64,000 bases of DNA, taken from NCBI GenBank assembly GCA_048270185.1, contig JBLWTJ010000001.1:1120001-1184000 (forward strand). Direction: 5' to 3'. Positions 49,057 to 59,423 of this stretch are shown in pieces. Position numbers and translations under genes: made by a program. The notes under the pieces were generated by a model. That model was not told the DNA's origin. It worked only from the letters and a program-made list of their open reading frames with translations, and did not search any database. Position 1 is the stretch's first letter. Each line of letters opens with the position of its first letter. Origin of the DNA: Bacteriovoracaceae bacterium (GTDB lineage Bacteria > Bdellovibrionota > Bacteriovoracia > Bacteriovoracales > Bacteriovoracaceae).

Positions 49057-50494
49057 CTTCGTCACCGCTTTCTTGGAAATCAATTCCAAGAGCATTAAGT
49101 TCATCACGAGCAGCGTCAGCTGCATCCCAGTCTTTAGCTGCACGGGCATCAGCACGTTTTGCTAGAAGTTCATTTACTTTATCAAGGGCAATCCCCTTTC
49201 TTCTTACTTGAACTTCTTTGATTTCAGATAAGAATTGCTCTGGGTCCATTGCAAATAAAGCACTCATCTTTCCATACTTTGCAATCCATTCAGAGAATGC
49301 AATTGCTGTTGGTGCAGAGTTTATATCCTTTGCTTTCTTTTCAAGATTTAAAGCATTGAATGTTTTAACTGCTTCATAGATTGCAGACATCATTTCACTT
49401 GTATTGAAGTCATCGTTACAAGCTTTTAGAATTTTAGCATCAAGACGCTTAAGATCTTCATCAAGTTTCTTATTAACTTTAGCACTATCATTTGTTTCAA
49501 AAGACGCAGCGTGCTTTGCTACTTGAAGCGCACGATAAACTCTAATTGAACCACTGAAAGCTTGGTCGATCTTCTCATCCGTTACATCAAGCATTGAACG
49601 ATAGTGAGTTGAAAGCATAATATACTTAAGAACCTCTGGGTGATACTCATCCATGAAAGCGCGAGCAGTGATGATATTGCCAAGAGACTTACTCATCTTC
49701 TCTCCACTCATATTGATGAAGTTATTATGCATCCAATAATTTACATACTTACATGAATTACATCCTACACCTTGAGCAATTTCATTTTCATGGTGTGGGA
49801 AAATTAAATCAATTCCACCACCGTGGATATCAATTGATTTACCAAGAATCGACTTAATCATCGCTGAACATTCGATATGCCAACCTGGACGGCCCTTCCC
49901 CCATGGAGAATCCCACGATGGCTCACCTGGTTTAGCAGGCTTCCAAAGTACGAAGTCCTTTGGGTCTTTCTTTCGCTCGTCAACTTCGACTCTCTCTCCA
50001 GAGTTAAGTTCGTCAAGATTGACGCCTGATAACTCTCCGTACGAATCAAGCTTTGTTGTCTCGTAGAAAACTTCCCCGTCAACAACATAGGCCATACCAT
50101 TGTCGATAATGCCTTGAACGTATTCAATAATTTGTGGAATATAATCTGTTACTTTTGGATTGTGAGTATGAGGACGAAGTCCTAGGCGTCCAAAATCTTC
50201 TTGGAAGTACTTAATATAGCGCTCAGAAATTTCAAGTGAATCAACACCTTCTTCATTTGCTTTATTAATAATCTTGTCATCAACATCTGTGTAATTGTAG
50301 ACGAAGTTTACCTCATAACCGACATGCTCCATCCAATTTCTTGCGAAGTTAAAGAAGATTGGTCCTCTAAAGTTTCCAATATGAAGCGGCCCGTAAACCG
50401 TTGGCCCACAAAGGTAGAGTTTTACTTTGCCTTCTTCTAATGGCGTAAAAGTTTCTTTCTTCTTTGTTAAAGTATTGTAAACTACTAGTGACAC
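49034..50494 (-). CDS. cysS: Cysteine--tRNA ligase
   Basis: CGPTVY, HIGN, GWHIECS, KMSKS; GTG start after GAGGAG. Confidence 0.97.
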   Translation of the reverse strand: MSLVVYNTLTKKKETFTPLEEGKVKLYLCGPTVYGPLHIGNFRGPIFFNFARNWMEHVGYEVNFVYNYTDVDDKIINKANEEGVDSLEISERYIKYFQEDFGRLGLRPHTHNPKVTDYIPQIIEYVQGIIDNGMAYVVDGEVFYETTKLDSYGELSGVNLDELNSGERVEVDERKKDPKDFVLWKPAKPGEPSWDSPWGKGRPGWHIECSAMIKSILGKSIDIHGGGIDLIFPHHENEIAQGVGCNSCKYVNYWMHNNFINMSGEKMSKSLGNIITARAFMDEYHPEVLKYIMLSTHYRSMLDVTDEKIDQAFSGSIRVYRALQVAKHAASFETNDSAKVNKKLDEDLKRLDAKILKACNDDFNTSEMMSAIYEAVKTFNALNLEKKAKDINSAPTAIAFSEWIAKYGKMSALFAMDPEQFLSEIKEVQVRRKGIALDKVNELLAKRADARAAKDWDAADAARDELNALGIDFQESGDEVTWSVRV

Positions 50495-50548
50495 TATCAA
50501 CTCCTCTATTTTTATGCAGATAGAATAACCGAAAAAGGGAAAACTGTC

Positions 50549-51883
50549 ATGAATAACAATAATTTCGACATCATCATCAAAAACGGCACTCTACACTCAT
50601 CACAAAAAAGCTGGCAAGAAGATATCGGAATAAGAGAGGGGAAGATAGTAAAATTAGCTAAATTTAGCGAAGATGATCTAAAGAATGCCTCACGAGTCAT
50701 TGACGCACAGGGACTCGATATCCTGCCAGGGCTTATCGACTCTCAAGTTCACTTTCGCGAGCCAGGGCTCACTCACAAGGAAGATATCGCCCACGGCTCA
50801 AAAGCGGCCGTTCTTGGTGGAATATGCACCTTCTTTGAGATGCCAAATACAAAACCTGCCACAACAACGGTCGAGGCAACTCAAGTCAAAGTCGATATCG
50901 CCCGCGAGACTTCATATGCCAACTTCGGCTTCTTTATTGGAGCTAGTGGGAAAAATCTCGACGAACTTGTGAAGTCACAAGACATGGTTGGCTGCTCTGG
51001 AGTTAAGATCTTCCTTGGAAGCTCAACAGGGGATCTCCTTCTTTATGATACAGACAAATTAGTTGAGATCTTTAAAACTCTTGATTGCCATATTTCAGTT
51101 CACAGCGAAAGTGAGGAAAGACTCCACGCCAATGTGGCGATTCGCGATAATGCCAACGGAGATGTTCACGCTCATTACAAGTGGCGTGATGCTCAGACAG
51201 CTTTAGAGTCAACTAAGATGATTATCGAAGTTGCAAAGAAAGCGGGTCGCAAAGTTCATATCCTTCACTTAACAACAAAAGATGAAATTGAATTTTTAAA
51301 AGATCAAAAAGAGCATTGTACAATTGAGGTGACACCTCAACACCTGACTCTCTTTGCTCCAGATATCTATGACAAGATCGGAACTCTTGCTCAAATGAAT
51401 CCACCAATACGCACCAAAGACCACACCGATGGACTTTGGGAGGGCTTAAAGAATGGTGTGATTGATGTCTTTGGCAGTGATCACGCCCCTCACACTCTTG
51501 AAGAGAAGGCACAACCCTACCCGGCTTCTCCTTCTGGAATGCCAGGAGTGCAAACAATGCTGCCAGTAATGCTAACTCACGTTGAAGCAGGTCGTATTAC
51601 TCTTGCTGATATCGTGACATATCTAGCAGAAAATCCTGCCAAGCTTTTCAAGCTTAACAAGGGCTTTATTAAAGAAGGAATGGACGGCGATCTGACAATC
51701 CTTGATATGAAGAAGCGCTTTACGATCAAAAACGAAGATCAAGCATCCAAAGTTGGTTGGAGTCCATTTGATGGAATGGAAGTTCAAGGAACACCTACTT
51801 ATACAATTGTTAGCGGACAAGTTGCCATGGAGCATGGAGAGGCCATCAAAGTTCAGGCCCAGCCGATTGTAAGGACAAAGTAA
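50549..51883 (+). CDS. pyrC: Dihydroorotase (amidohydrolase superfamily)
   Basis: PGLIDSQVHFREPG, EMPNT, EVTPQH, NPPIR, SDHAPH. Confidence 0.85.
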   Translation: MNNNNFDIIIKNGTLHSSQKSWQEDIGIREGKIVKLAKFSEDDLKNASRVIDAQGLDILPGLIDSQVHFREPGLTHKEDIAHGSKAAVLGGICTFFEMPNTKPATTTVEATQVKVDIARETSYANFGFFIGASGKNLDELVKSQDMVGCSGVKIFLGSSTGDLLLYDTDKLVEIFKTLDCHISVHSESEERLHANVAIRDNANGDVHAHYKWRDAQTALESTKMIIEVAKKAGRKVHILHLTTKDEIEFLKDQKEHCTIEVTPQHLTLFAPDIYDKIGTLAQMNPPIRTKDHTDGLWEGLKNGVIDVFGSDHAPHTLEEKAQPYPASPSGMPGVQTMLPVMLTHVEAGRITLADIVTYLAENPAKLFKLNKGFIKEGMDGDLTILDMKKRFTIKNEDQASKVGWSPFDGMEVQGTPTYTIVSGQVAMEHGEAIKVQAQPIVRTK

Positions 51884-51970
51884 GCGATAACCAAATCTTA
51901 ACAATTAAGAACTACTCAATTCATTACGAAGTTTGTCATAATAGGATATTATTTAAAGTATAGGTATGTA

Positions 51971-52387
51971 ATGAAGAAGAATATCCTCTTTCTATGCACA
52001 GGAAACTCCTGTCGCTCTCAAATGGCCGAAGGCTGGGGCAAGGCCCTAAAAGGCGACAAGTATAACTTCTACTCTGCTGGCACAAAGAAGCATGGGCTTA
52101 ATCTCAATGCCGTAAAGGTTATGCAAGAAGCTGGTGTTGATATTTCAAATCACGAATCAAATACAACAGACGAGATTGAAGCAAAGATGGATATTGTGAT
52201 CACAGTTTGTAGTGACGCCAATGAGAATTGTCCATACTTTCCAGGTGGTAAGATCATCCATATTGGCTTTGATGACCCTCCTCGCCTAACAAAAGATTTC
52301 ACAAATGAAGAAGATATCTTACAAGTCTATCGCCGTGTGAGAGATGAAATAAAAGAGATGATAATTAATTTAGAAGAGAGAATATAA
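51971..52387 (+). CDS. arsC: Arsenate reductase, thioredoxin-coupled LMW-PTP type
   Basis: CTGNSCRSQMAEG, VC...ENCP, FDDP, RVRDEI. Confidence 0.9.
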   Translation: MKKNILFLCTGNSCRSQMAEGWGKALKGDKYNFYSAGTKKHGLNLNAVKVMQEAGVDISNHESNTTDEIEAKMDIVITVCSDANENCPYFPGGKIIHIGFDDPPRLTKDFTNEEDILQVYRRVRDEIKEMIINLEERI

Positions 52388-52388
52388 G

Positions 52389-53399
52389 ATGGGATTTTTT
52401 GAACGTTATTTAAGCGTATGGGTTGCTGCATGTATTATCGCAGGAATAATCCTTGGAAAATTTTTGGGTAGCTCTATCACAGTCCTAAGTGACATGAATA
52501 TAGCAACAGTTAATATTCCTGTGGCGATTTTGGTGTGGCTTATGATCTTTCCTATGATGGTCCAAATTGATTTTAGCTCCATTGCTGACGTTGGAAAGAA
52601 TCCAAAAGGACTAAGCCTTACTATCATTATCAATTGGCTCATTAAGCCTTTTACGATGGCCTTCTTTGCTTGGCTCTTCTTCTCTAAACTCTACGCGGCC
52701 TATCTTAGTCCAGAGCTTGCCCAAGAATATATTGCAGGGGCCATTCTTCTAGGTGCTGCTCCTTGTACGGCCATGGTCTTTGTCTGGTCATATCTTACTA
52801 AGGGTGATCCAGAGTACACACTTGTTCAAGTAGCCATCAACGACTTAATCCTTCTTGTGGCCTTCATCCCTATTGTGCAATTTCTATTAGGTGTAACGAG
52901 TATCTCAATTCCTTACGATACTTTAATAAGCTCCGTTGTAATCTTTGTGGTCATCCCACTTGCAGCAGGATTCATTGCTAATAAAGTCTTGATAAAGAAA
53001 TTTGGTCTGCGTTGGTTTCAAGAAGTTTTTATGGCGCGCTTAAAGCCAATTTCTATTATCGCACTTTTAACAACTCTTGTTCTTCTCTTTGCTTTTCAAG
53101 GAGAGAAGATTCTGGCCAACCCACTCCACATTATCCTCATCGCAATTCCTCTAACAATTCAGACATACTTTATTTTCTTTGTAAGCTGGGCGGTTGGTCG
53201 CAAGATGTGCTTACCGCACAATATTCTCTCACCAGGATCAATGATTGGAGCTAGTAATTTCTTTGAGCTTGCGGTTGCTGTTGCCATCGCCCTCTTTGGC
53301 CTTAACTCAGGAGCGGCCCTAACAACTGTTGTTGGTGTTCTAATTGAAGTACCGGTGATGCTAAGTCTTGTTAAGATTGCAAATAAATGGAGATACTAA
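52389..53399 (+). CDS. acr3: Acr3-family arsenite efflux transporter
   Basis: FFERYLS.WV, NWLIKPF, APCTAMV, ASNFFELA, GVLIEVPVML. Confidence 0.95.
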   Translation: MGFFERYLSVWVAACIIAGIILGKFLGSSITVLSDMNIATVNIPVAILVWLMIFPMMVQIDFSSIADVGKNPKGLSLTIIINWLIKPFTMAFFAWLFFSKLYAAYLSPELAQEYIAGAILLGAAPCTAMVFVWSYLTKGDPEYTLVQVAINDLILLVAFIPIVQFLLGVTSISIPYDTLISSVVIFVVIPLAAGFIANKVLIKKFGLRWFQEVFMARLKPISIIALLTTLVLLFAFQGEKILANPLHIILIAIPLTIQTYFIFFVSWAVGRKMCLPHNILSPGSMIGASNFFELAVAVAIALFGLNSGAALTTVVGVLIEVPVMLSLVKIANKWRY

Positions 53400-53968
53400 A
53401 TAGAGAGAAGAGATTTTATTTCTTTTCTTACTTGATTAAGATAAAGATCTAGATCTTCAAAGTTAGAAGTATTAATAACGATACTTTCGCAATCTATCTC
53501 TAGTTTTTCTATCTTACCTTTTAAGAGAGAATCTTTAAATTCGTCTAAATTTAAATGGTCTTGATGCCCAGGATGTCTTTTTCCAGATAAGGCCCTTGTT
53601 TTAAAACGTTCAAATAAGACTGTTCCATCACATTCACAATAGATAGTTAACACTCTAGCTTTGTACTTTGAAATAATGTCACTTAATACTGGAGTATCAA
53701 ATTGGTTTGAGAAGTTACTTTCCACTATTAAGCTTTTTGATGCCTTTAGTTGTGTTTCAATAAATGAATAAAGAATTGGATAACTTGCCTTGCCAAGCTC
53801 TTTTGACCAAGCTCGATCCTTAACACCTAAACTGTCAAAGAGACTTTCTTTGATCTTATCTTTACTGATTAAAGGTAAACAAAATTCTTCGGCCAATTTC
53901 TTTGAAAGAATCGTTTTCCCAGTACACGGCAATCCAGAAATAATAATTAGAGATACAGGTTTCATCAT
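53396..53968 (-). CDS. P-loop kinase-like (AAA_33) protein
   Basis: SGLPCTGKT, SKD.IKE.L, RHPGH. Confidence 0.8.
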   Translation of the reverse strand: MMKPVSLIIISGLPCTGKTILSKKLAEEFCLPLISKDKIKESLFDSLGVKDRAWSKELGKASYPILYSFIETQLKASKSLIVESNFSNQFDTPVLSDIISKYKARVLTIYCECDGTVLFERFKTRALSGKRHPGHQDHLNLDEFKDSLLKGKIEKLEIDCESIVINTSNFEDLDLYLNQVRKEIKSLLSI

Positions 53969-54801
53969 TAATTTTCAAAAAGCTTGGTAATTCCTACTAG
54001 CTTTCCATCTTCGTAGTAATTGCAAGTCTTCATACCAAACTTTGTGACAAAGTGAATGAATGTATTATCGACGATTCGAATAACGAATGAACCATCTTCA
54101 CCATTTAAGATATTGCGGTTGCCACCAGTCCCGCGAGAGTGAGAATAGTTCTTTCCATTTTCATCATATAAGAGAATTTCAGATTGCCCATCAGTTCCCT
54201 TGCCATCATCAGCGGCAAAGTAGTCGACATTTAAAACAAGACGATGGCGCTGGCCTTTGTATTTACCTTCAAAAAAATTAATCTGTCCCGAGTAAGACCC
54301 ATTAATTTTTTGCAGCTCCTTTGCATCATTAATCACTTTTGATTTTGCTAAGAAGACCGTTGGTTCAGTTATGGCCGGAATGGGAGAAAACCTCACTCGC
54401 TCGTAAGTCTTTTCTTCTGCTTTACTCATTCCAGATTCATTACGAGGCATCCCCCATCTTGAATCACTATTTCGATCTGTATTTTCTTTTGGTGCTAGTT
54501 TTTCTTTGATTGAGTTTCTGGTAATAAAGTCACTTGGATCTTTCATGATCTCTTTCACTTCATCTTTTTCGACTTTGATCTTCTCAAGACCTAAGGCCGC
54601 AAGAAAGAGCGTAAAAGCTTGCGCAAGTGCTTCATCTCCGGCCTTATCAATGACAGGGATCTCTTTGATCACTTCGACTTTCTTTTCTTTGATGACTTCA
54701 ACTTCTTTTATTTGAATTTCGGGATTTGAAACTTGAGATTTTCCAATAAAAAAACCAACTAAAGAGCTGGTAATAACTGCGATTACAAATGAGTATTTCA
54801 A
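53968..54801 (-). CDS. Hypothetical membrane-anchored protein
   Basis: N-terminal TM, IKEVEVIKEKKVEVIKE stalk, beta-rich C-domain. Confidence 0.65.
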   Translation of the reverse strand: MKYSFVIAVITSSLVGFFIGKSQVSNPEIQIKEVEVIKEKKVEVIKEIPVIDKAGDEALAQAFTLFLAALGLEKIKVEKDEVKEIMKDPSDFITRNSIKEKLAPKENTDRNSDSRWGMPRNESGMSKAEEKTYERVRFSPIPAITEPTVFLAKSKVINDAKELQKINGSYSGQINFFEGKYKGQRHRLVLNVDYFAADDGKGTDGQSEILLYDENGKNYSHSRGTGGNRNILNGEDGSFVIRIVDNTFIHFVTKFGMKTCNYYEDGKLVGITKLFEN

Positions 54802-54817
54802 ATTATTCTTCCTTAAG

Positions 54818-55027
54818 TTAATTTAAAATATGGAGTGTTTCCTCTGTTCCATAAGTACAGTTCTCACAAGTCACCTCTTCATGGATGTAGAGGTTATCGT
54901 GGTCGGCCAAATGAGTCACAGTGAACTTAGCACCGCATTTTGGGCAACATTCAATCTGCTTCTTGACGTCGTCAATTTCGCCAAAATAACGCACGAAATT
55001 TTCAACTTTTACGGATCTTTCCTTCAT
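54818..55027 (-). CDS. Small zinc-ribbon protein
   Basis: GAGGAG RBS; CPKC...CENC. Confidence 0.7.
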   Translation of the reverse strand: MKERSVKVENFVRYFGEIDDVKKQIECCPKCGAKFTVTHLADHDNLYIHEEVTCENCTYGTEETLHILN

Positions 55028-55259
55028 ATCAAGCTCCTCGTCATCTTCTATTTTACCGTAAATAAAGACTTTTCGCTTATTAAAAAGTACTTATTTCACT
55101 AAAATCAGTAACTTATGTTCATTAAATAATCCCTAGAACCTTATAATTACTACGGAGTGCGTTTGCCAAAAGTCCTTAGACACGTTAAAACGTGCTATTA
55201 TTAATAAAACGTAAGGTTGGACCACACCTACCTCTGCATAAGGAACAAAAGGACACACT

Positions 55260-56198
55260 ATGAAAAACATCGAAGCGCTAAGAAATAGCAGCGAAGATAT
55301 CCTAAATTGCCAAATCAAAGATGAAACAGGACTAAACGATTTTCAAAAAACAGCAAATGATGTTCATATTGCTATCCCAAAAGTTGGGATTGAAAGATTC
55401 CGTATTCCTCTAAACTTCGAACACCGAGACGGAACTGTTCGCTCGACTGATGCACAAGCATCAATGTTCGTCTTCCTTGAAGCTCACAAGACAGGTGCGA
55501 ATATGTCTCGCTTCTGTAACATCCTTCAAGCAGAAGGCCTTGAGAAGAATGTTAACAACCAATTCTTCGCAACAGTACTAAGAAGATACCGTACAGATCT
55601 TCGTGACTACGATACTGAGCCACTAATCCCACAAGCTCACCTAACACTAGACTTTAACTACCCAGTTAAACAACAGTCTCTTAAGTCAGGAAACTGGGGA
55701 TGGCAGTATTACAAAGTTTCAATGGAAGGTATTGAAGGACGCGATGGTATTCCACTAATCAACTTAACACTTGAGTATGAATACTCTTCAACTTGTCCAT
55801 GTTCTCTTTCAATGTCGAAACAATATGAAGAACAATACAGAAACGGTGAGACAACAGAAGGAAGTGGTATTGCTTCTGCCCACTCTCAAAGATCTGTCGC
55901 AACGATCAAAGTTACTTACAAGGCAGAGTCTAACTTCCACCTTGAAGATCTTGTTGATCTAATGAGAATTGCTCTTCCAACTGAGACTCAATCTCTTGTT
56001 AAGAGACTAGACGAGCAAGCGTTTGCCATCCTAAACGGTGACAACCCAATGTTCGTTGAGCACTCGACAAGACGTATCTCAGAAGTTCTAAACTCAGCTA
56101 AGGAGATCCTTGACTGGGAAGCTAAGGTTGAGCACTTAGAGAGTCTTCACAGCCACAATGCTGTGGGATATATCCGTAAAGAAAGACCACAAGTTTAG
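55260..56198 (+). CDS. folE2: GTP cyclohydrolase IB
   Basis: G.NMSRF, STCPCS, HSQRS, NPMFVE, ESLHSHNA. Confidence 0.92.
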   Translation: MKNIEALRNSSEDILNCQIKDETGLNDFQKTANDVHIAIPKVGIERFRIPLNFEHRDGTVRSTDAQASMFVFLEAHKTGANMSRFCNILQAEGLEKNVNNQFFATVLRRYRTDLRDYDTEPLIPQAHLTLDFNYPVKQQSLKSGNWGWQYYKVSMEGIEGRDGIPLINLTLEYEYSSTCPCSLSMSKQYEEQYRNGETTEGSGIASAHSQRSVATIKVTYKAESNFHLEDLVDLMRIALPTETQSLVKRLDEQAFAILNGDNPMFVEHSTRRISEVLNSAKEILDWEAKVEHLESLHSHNAVGYIRKERPQV

Positions 56199-56220
56199 AC
56201 TTAACAAATAAAATACTTTT

Positions 56221-56250
56221 AAGGCCCCAGAATCTGGGGCCTTTTTTTTT
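56221..56250 (+). terminator. Intrinsic terminator of folE2
   Basis: aaggccccag-aat-ctggggcctt plus T run. Confidence 0.9.
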
Positions 56251-56270
56251 ACTTTTTTTAAATTTCTGTA

Positions 56271-56299
56271 TTGACAACTGAGGGTGAAATCCTTATTCT
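56271..56299 (+). promoter_or_regulatory. Sigma70 promoter of tRNA-Val
   Basis: TTGACA-N17-TATTCT. Confidence 0.8.
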
Positions 56300-56318
56300 A
56301 ACTCCACTTCAAATCGGA

Positions 56319-56394
<76 letters not shown>

Positions 56395-56427
56395 CTTTTT
56401 TTGTGGTACATTCAAAAGAAAAAATCG

Positions 56428-56452
56428 GAACTCAAAAGAGTTCTTTTTTTTT
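56428..56452 (+). terminator. Terminator downstream of the tRNA
   Basis: gaactc-aaaa-gagttc plus T run. Confidence 0.7.
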
Positions 56453-56729
56453 GCCTTTTTTCTTCTCTTAACATTCAATTTCATAAAACTAGCATGCCTC
56501 TTTGCATGCTTAAACGATTCTATGTTCCACTCTGCACGAAACGCTGACATAATTCCTGCCATGACAGCACAAAGTGACAAGTTTACTGCCATTGTCTGAG
56601 AAAAATAAAAAATACTTTGCGATTTTTCGACAGATTTAATCGATAAAAATATAACCTCCACATCAAAACAACTTAATAAAAAACAAGGCTTCAAACAAAC
56701 TGTGAGAGTCTAATAAACCGGAGGAATTT

Positions 56730-57230
56730 ATGAAAAAAATTATCGCACTTGCTGCCGCACTACTAAGCGTTTCATCTTTTGCACTTGATGCATCTGATTC
56801 ATGGTCAACAATCAAAGCTGAAGTAGCTGCTGATTACGATCTATCTTTTACTGGAACAACTGTATTTGTTGGACGTCCAGTTAGCGCATTTGACGTTTGT
56901 CTTGATGGTGATCAATTCGTTACAACTAGAGAATTCCCAATTTACGAAATCGTATTTGTTGGTAGAAATCACTCAGAAGCTGACGAAGATGGTTATGCTT
57001 CAGTAATCGTTGGATACGAAATCCTTTCTTTCCCAACTACTTATACTTCATACAAAGAAGTATGTAAGAACGATGACAAAAACTGTAAGAGAGTTGCTTA
57101 CACTGTTAACCAAGATCTTGTTAAGAACGTTTCTGTAAAAGAAGTTGTTAGAAGAAATGTTGGTAAGAACGATCGTACAATCGAGAGAACACTATTTAAG
57201 AAATCTTTCGAAATCCCAGCTTGTAACTAA
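56730..57230 (+). CDS. Secreted 4-Cys beta-rich protein A1 (unknown family, 4 paralogues here)
   Basis: GGAGG RBS; signal peptide; WSTI, FDVC, LSFP, CxxxxxxC, IPACN. Confidence 0.85.
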   Translation: MKKIIALAAALLSVSSFALDASDSWSTIKAEVAADYDLSFTGTTVFVGRPVSAFDVCLDGDQFVTTREFPIYEIVFVGRNHSEADEDGYASVIVGYEILSFPTTYTSYKEVCKNDDKNCKRVAYTVNQDLVKNVSVKEVVRRNVGKNDRTIERTLFKKSFEIPACN

Positions 57231-57286
57231 TAAATACAATAGCTTAAGCGTTATCCCTAAGGCGCTTAAGCTATATATTTTATAGC

Positions 57287-58114
57287 ATGACTAGATTCAC
57301 GAACCTATTCATGCTATTTCAACAGCTTATGATAAAAGAAAACTCACCAAATACGGCCCTACAAAAAATGGGACTTATCGAGCAAGTCAGCTATGACCTG
57401 GATAAGAAGTTGCGCGAGTTTAAGAATGTAAAAATTGGAGTTAGGCTAATTTCGGAAAAGTCAGGAGTTAGTGAGAGAACGATCTATCGCCTACTGGCCA
57501 AAGAAAACAAACCAACTTATCAAACTCTTTATAAACTCTATCGAATTATTTTCAATACAAGCAATGAATCACTACTTCTAACCCTTGTCCCAGATGTTAT
57601 TCGTGAAGAGATTAAAAAGTGTAATCCAAATGTCATCTCCCAACAAATTCAATACCACGAAGAAGTTGAAGCACAGATGGCCTATGATCGCACTTTTGCA
57701 GAAATTTACATTATGGCAGCATGTGCACCGATAACAACAGAGCTTATTCAGTACCGCTACGGTATGAGTGGAATGTTAACTGTTGAGAAGATGCTGGAAA
57801 TGAAGACCCTTGCCCAGACAAAATCTGGTACTTATATCCTTGGTGAAAACCAAGCTAATTTTAGTGCTAAAACACTAAAGCGATTAGGTCTTTCTCTAAC
57901 AGAGAAATACTGTAAACCACAGAACGCAGAAAGCTTTGGTGAGAATATCATCTCATTCTTTGCTGATGGATTAAGTGAAGAAGCCTATGACAAATGGCTT
58001 GAAATTGATGCAAGAGCATTTCAAGAAAAAGTTGCTATTGCTAACTTAGAAAAATCAAAAGGAACAAAGAGAGCTTTTACTTTTAATGTAACAGACTCTT
58101 TAAGTGAGAAATAA
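57287..58114 (+). CDS. XRE-HTH transcriptional regulator R1 (possibly TIGR02147/DUF4423-related)
   Basis: ISEKSGVSERTIYRLL....PTYQTL HTH; paralogue of 59588-60385; start uncertain (57287/57311/57329). Confidence 0.7.
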   Translation: MTRFTNLFMLFQQLMIKENSPNTALQKMGLIEQVSYDLDKKLREFKNVKIGVRLISEKSGVSERTIYRLLAKENKPTYQTLYKLYRIIFNTSNESLLLTLVPDVIREEIKKCNPNVISQQIQYHEEVEAQMAYDRTFAEIYIMAACAPITTELIQYRYGMSGMLTVEKMLEMKTLAQTKSGTYILGENQANFSAKTLKRLGLSLTEKYCKPQNAESFGENIISFFADGLSEEAYDKWLEIDARAFQEKVAIANLEKSKGTKRAFTFNVTDSLSEK

Positions 58115-58115
58115 G

Positions 58116-58670
58116 ATGAAATTATTACTACTACTTCTATTATCAATATCAATCTTTGCAACAGGAGGAGTTGGTGGTACTTCAGGTGGCCCAAAACCGA
58201 AGAAAGATGATTTTGAAAAAATTGGACCAAAGACACCTTGGAGTGAAATCCAAGATATCGCAAAGATTAATAAAGAAGTTAAAATCGCTCATACAGCGAT
58301 CTTCGTTAGTCGTCCACTAAATGTCTTTGATGTATGTGTTGATGGTGACGAGTTTAGATCTGTAGCAAAAGTTCCAAAATACAAGAGAATGCTTGTTGGT
58401 AAAACTCATTTCGGAACTGATGAAGATGGCTACAAAGACGTTAAAATTGGAAATGAGTTTCTACGCTTCCCTATTAACTACACTAAGTATGAAACAAAGT
58501 GTGAGAATGACAATAGAAGATGCCGTCGCGTTAAAGTTGAAGTTAACCGTGAAACGATTAAAGAACTAGAGATTAAAAAAGTTAAGACTTATAAGCCAAA
58601 TAGTGACAATCCTAGAGAAGTCGTTCTCGATAAGAAGAGAAAGGATTACGTTATCCCATACTGTAATTAA
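58116..58670 (+). CDS. Secreted 4-Cys protein B1 (paralogue of A with Gly-rich N-terminal extension)
   Basis: ATG 1 nt after the R1 stop; signal peptide, TGGVGGTSGG, FDVC, IPYCN. Confidence 0.85.
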   Translation: MKLLLLLLLSISIFATGGVGGTSGGPKPKKDDFEKIGPKTPWSEIQDIAKINKEVKIAHTAIFVSRPLNVFDVCVDGDEFRSVAKVPKYKRMLVGKTHFGTDEDGYKDVKIGNEFLRFPINYTKYETKCENDNRRCRRVKVEVNRETIKELEIKKVKTYKPNSDNPREVVLDKKRKDYVIPYCN

Positions 58671-58696
58671 GAATTAGATTTCATATAAAATACTTT

Positions 58697-58723
58697 AGGC
58701 CACTCGAAAGAGTGGCCTTTTTT
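58697..58723 (+). terminator. Intrinsic terminator ending module 1
   Basis: aggccactc-gaaa-gagtggcct plus T run. Confidence 0.9.
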
Positions 58724-58928
58724 GACTTAAACTCCATGAAATTTACTGTATTTTGTCCATTTGTCATATTTGACCGATCAAACTTGGACAATGTCTGGCA
58801 AAAAACAAGTTCATCTCCACAAAAATTGTCACATTATTTTCGAGGCCATAATTTCTCCCCATAGCAAAAACTGAATAACAAATTTGTTTTAAAAACAAAT
58901 CATATCAACAAACAATTCGGAGGAATTT

Positions 58929-59423
58929 ATGAAAAAAATTATCGCTCTTGCAGCTGCAATCCTAAGTGTATCAACTTTCGCAATCGACGCTTCTGACTCA
59001 TGGTCAACAATCAGAGAAGAAGTTAAGGCTAGCCACAACCTAGTAATGTCTTCTGGATACACAGTATTTATGGGTACTACAAGAACTACTGCTTTCAACG
59101 TATGTGTAAACGGTGAAAACTTCAATACAACTACTGAATTCCCAATCTACGAATACGTAAGAGTTGGTGGTGGTAAAGATGGTGACAACTTCAAAAAAGT
59201 TATCGTTGGTTACGAAATCCTTTCTTTCCCAATCGTACGTGAAGTTACTAAGACAATTTGTTACGGTAAGAACGACAACAGATGTAAAACTGTAACTGAA
59301 ATCGAAGAGCAATCAACTGTAAAAGATATCACAATCTCTAAAATCGTAAGACGTGGTGGAGACCGTGATGACAAGCTAGTTAAGCTTTTCACAAAATCAT
59401 ACGTAATCCCAGCTTGTAACTAA
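58929..59423 (+). CDS. Secreted 4-Cys protein A2
   Basis: Same RBS/start context as A1 (cggaggaatttatgaaaaaaattatcgc); FNVC, VIVGYEILSFP, IPACN. Confidence 0.85.
   Translation: MKKIIALAAAILSVSTFAIDASDSWSTIREEVKASHNLVMSSGYTVFMGTTRTTAFNVCVNGENFNTTTEFPIYEYVRVGGGKDGDNFKKVIVGYEILSFPIVREVTKTICYGKNDNRCKTVTEIEEQSTVKDITISKIVRRGGDRDDKLVKLFTKSYVIPACN

Noticed and set aside
50740..50766. Gln in place of the first metal-binding His in dihydroorotase (DSQVH)
   Set aside because: As I recall, a common variant in one dihydroorotase subgroup; other motifs are intact, so not called inactive
58697..58723. CCACTCGAAAGAGTGG resembles the P2 arm of a c-di-GMP-I riboswitch
   Set aside because: Flanking GGCAAA/GACGCAAA elements are absent; position and T run fit a plain terminator
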